Origin: an uncultured Acidobacteriota bacterium
Lineage (GTDB): Bacteria > Acidobacteriota > JAQAZP01
Assembly: GCA_963836075.1 (NCBI GenBank)
Contig: CAWIIB010000001.1
Coordinates: forward strand, 1,536,001-1,600,000
Reading direction: 5' to 3'
DNA: 64,000 nucleotides
The first letter of the stretch is position 1, and each line of letters begins with the position of its first letter. Shown one piece after another: positions 1-10,326 of this stretch. Both the position numbers and the translations under genes were made by a program. Below the pieces are notes generated by a model. That model saw only the letters and a list, made by a program, of their open reading frames with translations, was not told the DNA's origin and searched no databases.

Positions 1-828
1 GCCCAGCTCCCTGCTGCCCAGGACGGGCCGCAGGATGGTGCCCGGCCGGGCGATGAAGTCACCGGGCGGGGCGGGGAGACCGCCGGGCAGACAGGGCACC
101 TTGCGCTGAACCTCTTTCCCCGGCTGGTATCCAGCCCGCTGGGCCACCCGCTCGAACTGCGGCGTCTGCATGAAGAGCAGCTCGTGCAGGTTGATGAAGG
201 CCACACCGGCCGCGATGGCCCCTTCGACGATCTTCTCGGTGATCCCCAGACCGGGGAGGCAGGGAATCTCCACCGCCACCGTCCAGTCCAGTTCCAGCGC
301 CCGCTCCACCAGCGGCAGTTCCTTTGCCGAGGAGGGGTGGCAGCGAATCTCATCCACCCCCGCCTCGCGCACACGCTTCATCCCCTCCAGGCTGAACTTC
401 GCATTGGCGGTGAAGAACTGGATGTGGAAGTCGGGGCCGCAGGTCTCGCGCAGCAGGCGGGCGTAGTGAACGGCCCGGTCCAGGTAGTTTGTGGGCTCAC
501 CGCCGGTGAGACAGACCGCATCGGGGCTGCCCATTTTGACCAGCCGCAACAGTTCCTCATCGCTGCGGATGGTGAACTCGTCGGCCTGCATCCGGTCGCC
601 CTTGCCGGCGCTGGAGCAGTAGAAGCAGTCCTTGGGGCACTCCTCCCCCAGGGAGAGACACAACCGTCCGCCCAGCAGACAGCGTCGGCAGCCTTCGGGG
701 AGGTTCCCGGCCACCGGGTTCAACCCTGGTTTGATCTCTTCCCGGTGCCCCCCCAGCATGCGCTGCCAGAGGTAATTGGCTTGCCCTTGCCCGTCCCCGG
801 AGGGAGGGGAGTGATCTTTGGTGTCCAT
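1..828 (-). CDS. Radical SAM protein (3' end runs off the window; missing from ORF track)
   Basis: Open minus-strand frame from ATG at 828 to the window edge (MDTKDHSPP...GTILRPVLGSRELG). It has the CxxxCxxC motif CPKDCFYC (~616-639) and downstream LTGGEP. Confidence 0.88.
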   Translation of the reverse strand, partial: MDTKDHSPPSGDGQGQANYLWQRMLGGHREEIKPGLNPVAGNLPEGCRRCLLGGRLCLSLGEECPKDCFYCSSAGKGDRMQADEFTIRSDEELLRLVKMGSPDAVCLTGGEPTNYLDRAVHYARLLRETCGPDFHIQFFTANAKFSLEGMKRVREAGVDEIRCHPSSAKELPLVERALELDWTVAVEIPCLPGLGITEKIVEGAIAAGVAFINLHELLFMQTPQFERVAQRAGYQPGKEVQRKVPCLPGGLPAPPGDFIARPGTILRPVLGSRELG

Positions 829-1120
829 GAATACCCTGAAGAATAGACGCCGGCGTCAGTGTTGTGGTGCCGCAGGACAGCAGGATTTTACCGGGGGCCG
901 AATCAGATGTCCAGAGACCGGCCCCCCGGTTTACCCCCAGCCCTAACGCCAGTTGGAAATATTCACTGGTCAACCGGACAGGCCGTAATCGACCTGCACC
1001 GGCTATTTGCCAAACCCCGTTCCAGACTATATGATTTCTGTCACTTCCGTGGCGGATTCTTCCGGTGGCCCGCAACCTGCGCCGGAACCCGGTGAGAACG
1101 AATAGCGAAAGGACCCCCCG

Positions 1121-2650
1121 ATGCTGCTCCATCACCGCTTCGTACATTCAGCGAAGACGCAGGGAAAAAAGCCCGCCTTTATCGACCGGTCGGCGGGCAA
1201 GACCATCTCATGGTCCCGGGCCCTCATCGCCGCCCTGATCCTGGCCAAAAAGTTCCGCAGCTACGGCGAGGGGTTTATCGGCATCATGGTGCCCACGTCG
1301 GCCGGGTGCGGGCTGGCGATCCTCGGCGCGCTGATCAGCGGCCGGACGCCGGTGATGATCAACTACTCCACCGGGGCTGAGGCCAACGCGAAGTTCGCCC
1401 GGCGGAAATGCGGCTTCCGGACCATCATCACCTCCAAAAAACTGCTGGAGAAGATCAACTGCCCGCACATCAAGGGCATGGTCTATCTCGAAGACCTGAT
1501 GGACAGCCTGACCTCCTGGGACAAAATCCGCGCGGCGCTGATCTCGAAGCTGCCCGCTGGCCTGATCACCCGCCGTTTCACGGAAAAGGGGGAGATGGAC
1601 GACAACGCGGTGGTCCTCTTCACCAGCGGCAGCGAGAAGGACCCCAAGGCGGTCCAGCTGACCCACCGCAACATCTCCTTCAACATCGAAAGCTTCTGCA
1701 AGGTGTACCAGATCTCGGAAAAGGACCGGATGATGGCCAACCTGCCCCTGTTCCACGTCTTCGGGCTGACGGTCAACTTCTGGACCCCGGTCTACTACGG
1801 GATCACCATGGTCACCTACGCCAACCCCACCGAGTACCAGACCGTGGCGAAAATTATCCGTGACGACAAGCCCACCATCCTGGTCAGCACTCCGAGTTTC
1901 TTCCAGGGCTATCTGCGCCGGTCCAGCGAGGGGGACTTTGAATCACTGCGGGTGGTGGTCAGCGGCGCCGACAAGTGTCCCGACACCCTGCGCCAGGGCT
2001 ACCTGAACAAGCACGGGGTGACCCTCTTTGAAGGGTACGGGGCCACCGAGACCTCGCCGGTGATTTCCGTCAACTACCCCGGGTTCAACCGGCCGGGCAG
2101 CGTGGGCAAACCTTTGCCCAACGTGGCGGTATTCATCGAAAACTACGAGACCGGCGAGAAGTGCGGGCCGGGTGACGTGGGGCGGATCATGGTCCGCGGC
2201 GACCTGGTGATGAAGGGCTACTTCGATGACCTGGAAGAAACGGCCATGCGGATCAGGCACGGCTGGTACGACACCGGCGACATGGGCTATCTCGACGAGG
2301 CCGGCTATCTCTGGCACTCCGGCCGGCTGAAGCGCTTCGTCAAGATCGGCGGCGAGATGGTCTCCCTGGTCCAGGTGGAGGACCGGATCGAGAAGCTGCT
2401 GCCCGACGGCGTGGACTGCTGTGTGGTGGAGATCCCCGACGTGAAGAAGGGGGCGAAAATCATCGCCGTGGTCACCGAGCAGCTCGACGAGAAGGAAGTA
2501 CGCAGCAAGCTGTCCGAAGAGCTGCCCAACATCGCCCTGCCCAGCCAGTTCGTGGTGATGGAGAAAATGCCGGAGATGGGCAGCGGTAAGATCGATTTCC
2601 GCTCGGTGACCAACCAGGTCCAGGACCAGCTGCTGGACGACGAGCAGTGA
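1121..2650 (+). CDS. AMP-binding acyl-ACP/acyl-CoA synthetase, similar to the synthetase half of Aas
   Basis: Motifs FTSGSEKDPKAV, EGYGATE, WYDTGD, GRLKRFVKIGGEMVSL and GSGKID; no acyltransferase domain. Confidence 0.88.
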   Translation: MLLHHRFVHSAKTQGKKPAFIDRSAGKTISWSRALIAALILAKKFRSYGEGFIGIMVPTSAGCGLAILGALISGRTPVMINYSTGAEANAKFARRKCGFRTIITSKKLLEKINCPHIKGMVYLEDLMDSLTSWDKIRAALISKLPAGLITRRFTEKGEMDDNAVVLFTSGSEKDPKAVQLTHRNISFNIESFCKVYQISEKDRMMANLPLFHVFGLTVNFWTPVYYGITMVTYANPTEYQTVAKIIRDDKPTILVSTPSFFQGYLRRSSEGDFESLRVVVSGADKCPDTLRQGYLNKHGVTLFEGYGATETSPVISVNYPGFNRPGSVGKPLPNVAVFIENYETGEKCGPGDVGRIMVRGDLVMKGYFDDLEETAMRIRHGWYDTGDMGYLDEAGYLWHSGRLKRFVKIGGEMVSLVQVEDRIEKLLPDGVDCCVVEIPDVKKGAKIIAVVTEQLDEKEVRSKLSEELPNIALPSQFVVMEKMPEMGSGKIDFRSVTNQVQDQLLDDEQ

Positions 2651-2663
2651 GGGGTTCGGCCCT

Positions 2664-5393
2664 TCACTTCGGCGCCGCGTTGACCACCACCGTCCCCTTG
2701 TCCTTCAGTTCCCCGGCCGAGATGGACACTGTGTATTCACCCGCCGGCACGAATTCGGTCTGACCGAAATCCCCCGCCTCGATCCGCGGGATCTGGTGTT
2801 TGCGGTCGGCCTGGAGATCCCAGACCACCCGGTTGAGCCCCGGGTAGCCGGGCCCGCTGAGCGTCCGGATCACCATGCCGCCGGCATCGGTGATCGAGAC
2901 GGAAACCGGCGCCCCCAGGCCCTCGCGCAGCCAGTAGTTGATCGCGGTACCCGGCTCCGGATTGCGGGCGCGGAAGATGGCATGGCCCGAGCCGTAGCTG
3001 CGCCGCAGGTAGAGCCGCGGGGTGCCGGGCTGGATCTCCAGCAGGGCCAGCGGCCGGTCCGTCACCCCGCCGGCAAGGCCGGCGAACATCGAACCGTCGT
3101 CCAGGACATAGACGCCCCGGCCGTGGGTGCCGATCACCAGGTCTTTTTCCCGGGGGTGCTGGACGATGTCGTGTACCGCCACCGGCGGCAGGCTCTCACC
3201 GTTCATCCGCACCCAGCTGCCGCCGCGGTCAAGGCTGACATGGATTCCGAATTCGGTGCCGGCGTAGAGCACGTCCGGGTTCCAGAGGTCCTCCCGCACC
3301 ACCCGCACCGGCTCCCCGTCGGGGAGATTGCCGGTGATGTCGCTCCAGCTCCGGCCGCTGTCCGCGGTCATCAGCACCAGCGGCCGGAAGACATCGCTGC
3401 GGTGGCCGTCCACCGAAACGAAGGCGGTTTCGGCATGGTGCGCCGAAGGGTGGATCCGTGAAATGTAGAGGCCGTCCACCTCGGGCGGGGTGACCTGCCG
3501 CCAGTTCGCGCCATCATCGGCGGTGACGTGGATCAACCCGTCGTCGGTCCCGGCCCAGAGCATCCCCTTGCGCAGCGGTGATTCGGCCAGCGCCGTCACC
3601 GTGCCGTAGGTTTCGGCTCCCGAACCGAGGGTCTCGGTCTTGCCCGGTTCGTCGCGGGAGAGGTCGCCGCTGATGGCGAAGACCAGGTCGCCGCGCCCGG
3701 TGAGTTTGAAGACCCGGTTGCCGCCGTGGTAGAGCACCGACGGGTCGTGGGGGGAGACGAAGAAGGGCGCGTCCCAGTTGAAGCGCAGCCGCTCATCCCC
3801 CTCCTGAACCGCCGGACGGATGGTCTTCACCACGTGGTTGTCCAGCCGGATCCGGGACAGGTTGCCGCCCTGGGAAGTGGAGTAGACCAGGTTCGGGTCA
3901 GCGGGATCGAAATCGACGGTGAAGCCGTCACCGCCGCTGATCATCCGCCAGTCGGCGTTGAGGATCCCATCGGCGCTCTGATCGAGGGTCAGGAAGCCGG
4001 TCTCCGAGGGCCCGAGCCACGAGCCGTTGTCCTGCAGCCCGCCGGCGATGCGGTAGGGGTCGGACATGTCCACCGAAACCCGGTAGAACTGGGCCGCGGC
4101 CACGCTGTCGAAGAGCCGCCAGGTCCGGGCCCGGTCGTGGGAGATGTAGATCCCGCCGTCATTCCCCACCAGGATCTGCTTCGTGTCCAACGGGTTGATC
4201 ACGATGGCGTGGAAGTCCACGTGCACGTTCTCGCTGCCCGAGCGGCGGAAGGTCTTGCCGCCGTCGTCGGAGATGGCCAGGTCCCACCCGGGGAGGTAGA
4301 CCCGCTGGTCGTCCTCCGGGTCGACGGCCACCCGGGAGAAATAGAAGGGCCGGAAACTGATATCGGTGGTGCGGACCCAGGTCTCTCCCCGGTCGTCGGT
4401 GCGGAAGAGACCGCCGCTGGGCGACCTGTTGTCCCACTGGGAGTGGCCCCGGCCGCCAAAGTCGCTCTCCACGTTGGCGTAGAGGATGCTGGTATCCCCG
4501 GGAAAGACGGTCAGGCCGATACGGCCGGTGGAGGGCGGCAGCCCGGAGGTCAGCTTCTTCCAGCTGCGCCCGGCGTCGTCGGAACGGAAGATGCCGCCAT
4601 GTTCGCTGTTGCCGCTGAAACTCCAGGCGGTGCGCTTGCGGGCGTAAAGGGCGGCGTAGACCGTGTCGGGGTTTGCCGGGTCCAGCACCACGTCACAGGC
4701 CCCGGTCCGCTGGTCCACCTTCAGCACCTGCTCCCAGGTAGTGCCGCCGTCACTGGTCTTGAACAAGCCCCGCTCCGGGTTCTCACCCCAGAGGTGGCCC
4801 AGGGCCGCCACGTAGCAGACATCCGGATTGCGCGGGTCCACGGCGATGCTGGGGATGTCGTGGGTCTCGGTGAGCCCCACGTGCTGGAAGCTGGCTCCGG
4901 CATCGGTGGAACGGTAGACCCCGCCGCCCCAGGAGGAGCTGTTGCGGCCATTGCCCTCGCCGGTGCCGACCCAGACGATCTTTCCCTTGCCGCGGTCCTC
5001 GGACGACGCTGTTTCACCCTCAGCGACACTATCTTCTTCGACCCAGCCCGGCCAGTTTGACGGGGCATCGGCCACGGCCAGGGCCCCGATTGAGAGCACC
5101 GGGTAGTCGTCGAACACCGGCGTAAAGGTGGTGCCCAGGTTGTCGGTGTAAAAGATTCCCCCGGTGGCGTAACCGACATAGAAGCTGGTCCGGCTGCCCG
5201 GCACCAGGGCGATGGCCGATACCCGGCCGCCCATGTTGGCCGGACCGACATTGCGCCAGGAGATTCGCTGCAGGTCGGTTTCGCTGAGAACGCGTGCGGG
5301 CTCCGATGAGCCGGCCGCTGTGAGCGCCGCCGGTGCCAGGACCGAAAAAAGCAAAATGAGGACGATTGATCGAACAGGATGAAAACAAGACAT
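2664..5393 (-). CDS. Secreted VPS10/sortilin-like BNR(Asp-box)-repeat beta-propeller protein (putative glycosyl hydrolase)
   Basis: Signal peptide, WRNVGPANMGGRV, and many S/TxDxGxxW Asp-boxes. ATG 5393 follows the SD AGGAGA. Confidence 0.85.
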   Translation of the reverse strand: MSCFHPVRSIVLILLFSVLAPAALTAAGSSEPARVLSETDLQRISWRNVGPANMGGRVSAIALVPGSRTSFYVGYATGGIFYTDNLGTTFTPVFDDYPVLSIGALAVADAPSNWPGWVEEDSVAEGETASSEDRGKGKIVWVGTGEGNGRNSSSWGGGVYRSTDAGASFQHVGLTETHDIPSIAVDPRNPDVCYVAALGHLWGENPERGLFKTSDGGTTWEQVLKVDQRTGACDVVLDPANPDTVYAALYARKRTAWSFSGNSEHGGIFRSDDAGRSWKKLTSGLPPSTGRIGLTVFPGDTSILYANVESDFGGRGHSQWDNRSPSGGLFRTDDRGETWVRTTDISFRPFYFSRVAVDPEDDQRVYLPGWDLAISDDGGKTFRRSGSENVHVDFHAIVINPLDTKQILVGNDGGIYISHDRARTWRLFDSVAAAQFYRVSVDMSDPYRIAGGLQDNGSWLGPSETGFLTLDQSADGILNADWRMISGGDGFTVDFDPADPNLVYSTSQGGNLSRIRLDNHVVKTIRPAVQEGDERLRFNWDAPFFVSPHDPSVLYHGGNRVFKLTGRGDLVFAISGDLSRDEPGKTETLGSGAETYGTVTALAESPLRKGMLWAGTDDGLIHVTADDGANWRQVTPPEVDGLYISRIHPSAHHAETAFVSVDGHRSDVFRPLVLMTADSGRSWSDITGNLPDGEPVRVVREDLWNPDVLYAGTEFGIHVSLDRGGSWVRMNGESLPPVAVHDIVQHPREKDLVIGTHGRGVYVLDDGSMFAGLAGGVTDRPLALLEIQPGTPRLYLRRSYGSGHAIFRARNPEPGTAINYWLREGLGAPVSVSITDAGGMVIRTLSGPGYPGLNRVVWDLQADRKHQIPRIEAGDFGQTEFVPAGEYTVSISAGELKDKGTVVVNAAPK

Positions 5394-5671
5394 GGGTCTT
5401 CTCCTCAAAATTTAAGGAAAATCGACACGGAACTCTGGCTGGAAGAAATTTCTCATACTTTAGCATATCAAAGGTTTAGGTGACAGTTGGTCCCATGGTT
5501 TCCGAAAGCTGAAATTGCTTGCGTTTCCGCCATGACTATAATATACTAATTAAGTCAATCATTATGGCGAATATAGATCGATCGCCAAAGCACCGTTTCA
5601 CCCCCTTCCGGGGGTAGAACAGGACCACAAGGCGCCAGCGGCGCTATTGTCATAGTCAGGAGAATGTGAAA

Positions 5672-6277
5672 ATGGCCTACGAAGTACCGAACCTCGAATA
5701 CGCATACGACGCCCTGGAACCGTACATCGACGCGCGGACCATGGAAATCCACCACACCAAGCACCACGCGGCCTACGTTGCCAAGCTCAACGCCGCCCTG
5801 GAGTCGGCCCCCGACCTTCAGGGAAAGCCGGTTGAGGACCTGCTGCGTGGTATTGGCGATGTCCCGGAATCGATCCGCCAGGCGGTGATCAATCACGGTG
5901 GCGGACATGCCAACCACTCGCTCTTCTGGCAGATTCTCGGCCCGGGCAAGGGCGGCATGCCTACCGGCGCCGTGGCCGAAGCCATCGACCGCGACCTGGG
6001 CGGTTTCGAGAAGTTCAAGGCAGCCTTCAACGCCGCTGCCGCCAACCAGTTCGGCAGCGGCTGGGCCTGGCTGGTGGCCGACGGCGAGGGCAAACTTCAC
6101 GTTTACGGCACCGCCAACCAGGATTCACCACTGATGAAGGAACACACGCCGCTGATGGGCCTCGACGTCTGGGAGCACGCCTACTACCTCAATTACCAGA
6201 ACCGCCGGCCCGACTACATCGACGCCTGGTGGAACGTGGTCAACTGGGACCGGGTCAATGAGGTTTACGGCAGATGA
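5672..6277 (+). CDS. sodA: Fe/Mn superoxide dismutase, Mn-type signature
   Basis: [32 protein letters not shown] and DVWEHAYYL; SD AGGAGA upstream of ATG 5672. Confidence 0.93.
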   Translation: MAYEVPNLEYAYDALEPYIDARTMEIHHTKHHAAYVAKLNAALESAPDLQGKPVEDLLRGIGDVPESIRQAVINHGGGHANHSLFWQILGPGKGGMPTGAVAEAIDRDLGGFEKFKAAFNAAAANQFGSGWAWLVADGEGKLHVYGTANQDSPLMKEHTPLMGLDVWEHAYYLNYQNRRPDYIDAWWNVVNWDRVNEVYGR

Positions 6278-6717
6278 ACACCATCACTACTGAAGAGCTT
6301 CAGCAGCGCCTGGAGGACGGCACGTCGCCAGTCTTTGACGTGCGCGGTGATGTGGAATACGAGATGGGTCACATTCCGGGCGCCAAGACCGCCCCGCTGG
6401 GTTCACTGGTCTTCCGGGTTGCGCGGGTGATGAATCCCGGCAGTTTCATCACCGTCTATTCGGCGGGCGGGGGCTGTACTCTGGCTGCTGAGGCGGTGGA
6501 ACGGCTGCAAAATCTCCGGATGAGCAACGTCCATTGCTACGAAGAGGGTCTCGAAGGCTGGCGGTCAGCCGGGCATCAGGTAGTGGAGTCGGTCCATGCC
6601 AAAACCCAGACCCAGGGGCCGGTGATCGAATGCCGTCCGCTGGTGGTCGACCGCAAAAACGCCTACGGCGGCGCCTTCAAGGGCAAGCCGGTGGACGGCG
6701 AGGCTGCGGGAGGCTGA
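6274..6717 (+). CDS. Rhodanese-like domain protein
   Basis: [13 protein letters not shown] and YEEGLEGW motifs. The start overlaps the SOD stop (ATGA). Confidence 0.85.
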   Translation: MNTITTEELQQRLEDGTSPVFDVRGDVEYEMGHIPGAKTAPLGSLVFRVARVMNPGSFITVYSAGGGCTLAAEAVERLQNLRMSNVHCYEEGLEGWRSAGHQVVESVHAKTQTQGPVIECRPLVVDRKNAYGGAFKGKPVDGEAAGG

Positions 6718-6726
6718 AATCTCCTG

Positions 6727-6753
6727 GCGCCCCTGGGGTTCACCTGGGGGCGC
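6727..6753 (+). terminator. GC-rich hairpin after sod-rhodanese operon
   Basis: Imperfect stem gcgcccctgggg-ttca-cctgggggcgc with a weak U tail. Confidence 0.4.
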
Positions 6754-6816
6754 TCTTCAAATCCAGTTCTCATCCTCCAATAATGGACTTCTGACGTCCA
6801 TCTCCCTCCCTCTGCC

Positions 6817-6845
6817 TTGACTCGTAAGTGATTCTATAATATAAT
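6817..6845 (+). promoter_or_regulatory. Sigma70-type promoter for cytochrome c3/CbcL-like operon
   Basis: TTGACT (6817-6822), 17-nt spacer, TATAAT (6840-6845). Confidence 0.7.
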
Positions 6846-6975
6846 TTTAACTTCGTTAATCACTGAAATGTTCCGCTTGCTGTGCCGTGGGCTTACACCT
6901 TGTCGCACTTGCGTGCGGAATGGAGGATCATATATCCTGCAGACCTAAAGTCTTTAACTTCAGGAGGCCAATCAA

Positions 6976-7353
6976 GTGAAAAAGACTCTCAGCCTGGTGG
7001 CGTTTCTCGCCCTGGTCAGTGTGTTGGTGATTGCAGCAGAGATTCCGGCGGATAAGGATGTTCTGACCTTCGAGGCCAAGATGGGGAAGGTCACCTTCTC
7101 CCACAAGGCTCACGCGGAAAAGATCGGTGATTGCGTGTCCTGCCATCACAAGACCGAAGGGGACGCGGTTCCCCAACTTTGCTCCGAGTGCCACCCGGCC
7201 GACGCGGCCAAGGACGATGCCCCCAAGCTGAAGGACGCCGTGCACCAGAACTGTCAGGACTGTCACCAGGAAAAAGCTGACGCCGGCGAGGCCACCGGAC
7301 CGCTGAAGAAAAAGTGCAAGGAGTGCCACATCAAGGAAGCGGCCGCCGAATAG
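6976..7353 (+). CDS. Periplasmic tetraheme cytochrome c3 (class III)
   Basis: SD AGGAGG plus GTG start, signal peptide, VTFSHKAH, and four CxxCH (CVSCH, CSECH, CQDCH, CKECH). Confidence 0.9.
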   Translation: MKKTLSLVAFLALVSVLVIAAEIPADKDVLTFEAKMGKVTFSHKAHAEKIGDCVSCHHKTEGDAVPQLCSECHPADAAKDDAPKLKDAVHQNCQDCHQEKADAGEATGPLKKKCKECHIKEAAAE

Positions 7354-7416
7354 TCTGACCTGGGATTCGTTGCCGCACCGCTGTCCAGACGGGCCGGTCG
7401 CGGTACGAGGTTTCAC

Positions 7417-10245
7417 TTGATGGTCGACCGTCGAGCAAGAAAATTCCAGCACCGGGTCCTCCGGGACCTGGCGCTGATATTCACTGCCCTGCTCTGCCTC
7501 TCCCTCCTCTCCCCTCCCCTGCCGGCCCAGGAAAATGACGAATGCCTGATGTGCCATGATGACTCGGACTTGACGGGATTCCACGGCGAGGTGGAGTTCC
7601 CGGTCTACGTCGATCCCAAACTGTTCGGCGACTCAGCCCATGCCGACATGGACTGCGTGGACTGCCACATCGACCTGATCGGCATCGACATGGAGCACGA
7701 CGAGGACGTGGAGCCGGTGGACTGCTCCATGTGCCACGACCAGCAGGCCGAACAGCATGCCCTGTCGCTGCACGGCCAGGCGGCAGCCCGGGGCGACGAA
7801 CTGGCCCCTTCCTGCAGCGACTGCCATACCAGCCACCACATTCTCTCTCACCTCGACCCGCAGTCCCCGACCAACAATATCAACATCCCCTTCCTCTGCG
7901 GCAAGTGCCACAGCGAAGGGGCGCCGGTGGCCCGGAACCGCGACATCCCCCAGGACCACATTCTGGCCAACTATTCCATGTCGATCCATGGTGAGGGCAT
8001 ATTCAAGAAGGGGTTGACCGTAACCGCGGTCTGCACCTCGTGCCATACCTCGCACATGATCCTCCCCCACACCGACCGCCGGTCGAGCATCTTTCCCGAC
8101 AACGTGTCCGACACCTGCACCCAGTGTCACGCCCGGATCGAGGAGGTGCACCGCAAGTTCATCGAAGGCGAACTGTGGGAGAAGGAACCGCACAAGATCC
8201 CGGTCTGCGTCGACTGTCACTCTCCGCACAAGATCCGCCGGGTCTTCTACCAGGCCGGTGCGGCGAACAAGGACTGCCTGCGCTGCCACGCGGACGAAAA
8301 CCTGGCCATGGAAAAGGACGGTGAGACCGTTTCCCTGTTCGTTGACGAAGCGGCATACAACGCGGGCAAACACTCCGGGACGGCCTGCGCCCAGTGCCAC
8401 ACCGAGGTTTCCACCTCTCTGGAAAGGCCCTGCGAACCGGTTCGCTCCCTGGTGGACTGCTCGATCTGCCATGCCGACCAGGTCCTGCAGCACTCGAACA
8501 GCATTCACGGCCACCTGGCCGCCCTGGGCGACACAGACGCACCGACCTGTCTCGACTGCCATGACCGACACGCGACAATGGACCACAAACTTCCCAGTTC
8601 GCCCACGTATGCTCGCAACGTGCCCGACCTCTGTGCCCGCTGCCACCGAGATGGCGAAGTCGCTGCAAACCGCATCGCCCCCGACCACCCGGAGCACATC
8701 GTCGGCAGTTACAATATGAGCATCCACGGCAAGGGGCTCATCGAGAGCGGCCTGGTGGTCACCGCCACCTGTATCAACTGCCACACGGCCCACGGCCCCC
8801 TGCCCTCGAGAGACCCGGCGTCCACGGTCCATCCGGACAACATCGCCCACACCTGCGGCACCTGCCACCACGGCATCGAGGAAACCTTCCAGGGCAGTAT
8901 TCACTGGCCGGAGAATGTGGATACCGACAAGGAACTGCCCACCTGCGAGGACTGTCACACATCCCACACCATTTCTCGCACTGACGGCACCGACTTCCGC
9001 ATGCTGATGATGAACCAGTGCGGACGTTGCCACGTGGACGAGACAAACACGTTCTTCGATACCTTCCACGGCAAGGTCTCGCGGCTGGGAGACTCCGGGG
9101 CGGCCAAGTGTTACGACTGTCACGGCACACACAACATCCTGCCCATCACCAACACCGAGAGCACCCTGAGCCGCGAGAACATCGTCGATACCTGCGGAGA
9201 GTGCCACCCCGGCGCGCACCGCCGTTTCGCCGGATACCTGACCCACGCCACGCACCACGACCCGGAAAAATATCCCTTCCTCTTCTGGGCTTTCTGGGGA
9301 ATGACCACCCTGCTGGTGGGCACACTGAGCTTCGCCATGATCCACACCCTGGCCTGGCTCTTCCGGCTCTGGCGCTCCCGCGAGGAGTGGCGGAAGATCC
9401 GCGAACTGCACAAGCCGGGCACGCAGTTCTACAAGCGGTTCACCACCGGTCAGCGGATCAACCATCTGGTGATGCTGCTCAGTTTCTTCACCCTGGCCCT
9501 GACCGGCATGGCGCTCAAGTTTTCCTACATGGGTTGGGCCCAGGCAATCTCCGATACCCTCGGCGGATTCGAAACCATGGGCACGCTGCACCGGATAGGG
9601 GCGGTGGCGCTGATCGTCATTTTCATCTTCCACCTGATGAATGTCTGGACCAAGCGCAAGGAGATGGGAATCTCCTGGCTGAAGTTCATCACCGGCCCCT
9701 ATTCCATGCTTTTCACCAAAACGGACCTCACCGAGTTCATCGCCTCGATCAAATGGTTCCTCGGCATCGGCCCGCGGCCCCGCTACGGCCGGTATACCTA
9801 CTGGGAAAAATTCGACTACTTCGCCGTCTTCTGGGGTGTCTTTATCATCGGGTCCACCGGATTCGTGCTCTGGTTCCCGGAATTCTTCACCCGCCTGCTT
9901 CCCGGCTGGTCGGTGAACGTCGCCACCATTATCCACAGCGACGAAGCGCTGCTGGCCGTGGCCTTTATCTTCACCGTCCACTTCTTCAACACCCACTTCC
10001 GCCCGGACAAATTTCCCATGGACCCGGTGATCTTCACCGGCCGGGTGACCCTCGACGAACTGAAGCACGACAAACCGCGGGAATATGAACAGGCAGTAGC
10101 CGATGGAACCCTTGAATCCCGAATGGCCCACCCCTATCCGAGGCGGGCCGAACGCCTGTTCCGCATCTTCGGTTTCTGTGCCCTGGCCATCGGACTGACC
10201 CTCATCGCCCTGATCACCTACTCCATGCTGTTCGGCTACCGGTAG
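7417..10245 (+). CDS. CbcL-like multiheme cytochrome c (19 CxxCH) fused to membrane cytochrome b (FdnI/HydC-like) domain
   Basis: Signal peptide and 19 CxxCH counted by eye. The C-terminal TM domain has HLVM, LHRIGA, YTYWEKFDYFAVFWG, IIHSDEA and VHFFNTH. Confidence 0.9.
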   Translation: MMVDRRARKFQHRVLRDLALIFTALLCLSLLSPPLPAQENDECLMCHDDSDLTGFHGEVEFPVYVDPKLFGDSAHADMDCVDCHIDLIGIDMEHDEDVEPVDCSMCHDQQAEQHALSLHGQAAARGDELAPSCSDCHTSHHILSHLDPQSPTNNINIPFLCGKCHSEGAPVARNRDIPQDHILANYSMSIHGEGIFKKGLTVTAVCTSCHTSHMILPHTDRRSSIFPDNVSDTCTQCHARIEEVHRKFIEGELWEKEPHKIPVCVDCHSPHKIRRVFYQAGAANKDCLRCHADENLAMEKDGETVSLFVDEAAYNAGKHSGTACAQCHTEVSTSLERPCEPVRSLVDCSICHADQVLQHSNSIHGHLAALGDTDAPTCLDCHDRHATMDHKLPSSPTYARNVPDLCARCHRDGEVAANRIAPDHPEHIVGSYNMSIHGKGLIESGLVVTATCINCHTAHGPLPSRDPASTVHPDNIAHTCGTCHHGIEETFQGSIHWPENVDTDKELPTCEDCHTSHTISRTDGTDFRMLMMNQCGRCHVDETNTFFDTFHGKVSRLGDSGAAKCYDCHGTHNILPITNTESTLSRENIVDTCGECHPGAHRRFAGYLTHATHHDPEKYPFLFWAFWGMTTLLVGTLSFAMIHTLAWLFRLWRSREEWRKIRELHKPGTQFYKRFTTGQRINHLVMLLSFFTLALTGMALKFSYMGWAQAISDTLGGFETMGTLHRIGAVALIVIFIFHLMNVWTKRKEMGISWLKFITGPYSMLFTKTDLTEFIASIKWFLGIGPRPRYGRYTYWEKFDYFAVFWGVFIIGSTGFVLWFPEFFTRLLPGWSVNVATIIHSDEALLAVAFIFTVHFFNTHFRPDKFPMDPVIFTGRVTLDELKHDKPREYEQAVADGTLESRMAHPYPRRAERLFRIFGFCALAIGLTLIALITYSMLFGYR

Positions 10246-10254
10246 TGGATCGAA

Positions 10255-10292
10255 TGTCACTTTTTGGTGTCAGGCACCAAAAAGTGACAAAA
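10255..10292 (+). repeat. REP-like palindrome, left flank of RAYT
   Basis: Perfect 15-bp stem tgtcactttttggtg-tcagg-caccaaaaagtgaca. Confidence 0.75.
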
Positions 10293-10326
10293 TCCTCAAA
10301 ACTGTCATCGGGTGAGAGACTGTCCT

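Noticed and set aside
184-1147. ORF-track calls 184..846(+), 557..1147(-) and 170..466(+)
   Set aside because: They overlap the motif-supported radical SAM frame and have no recognisable features.
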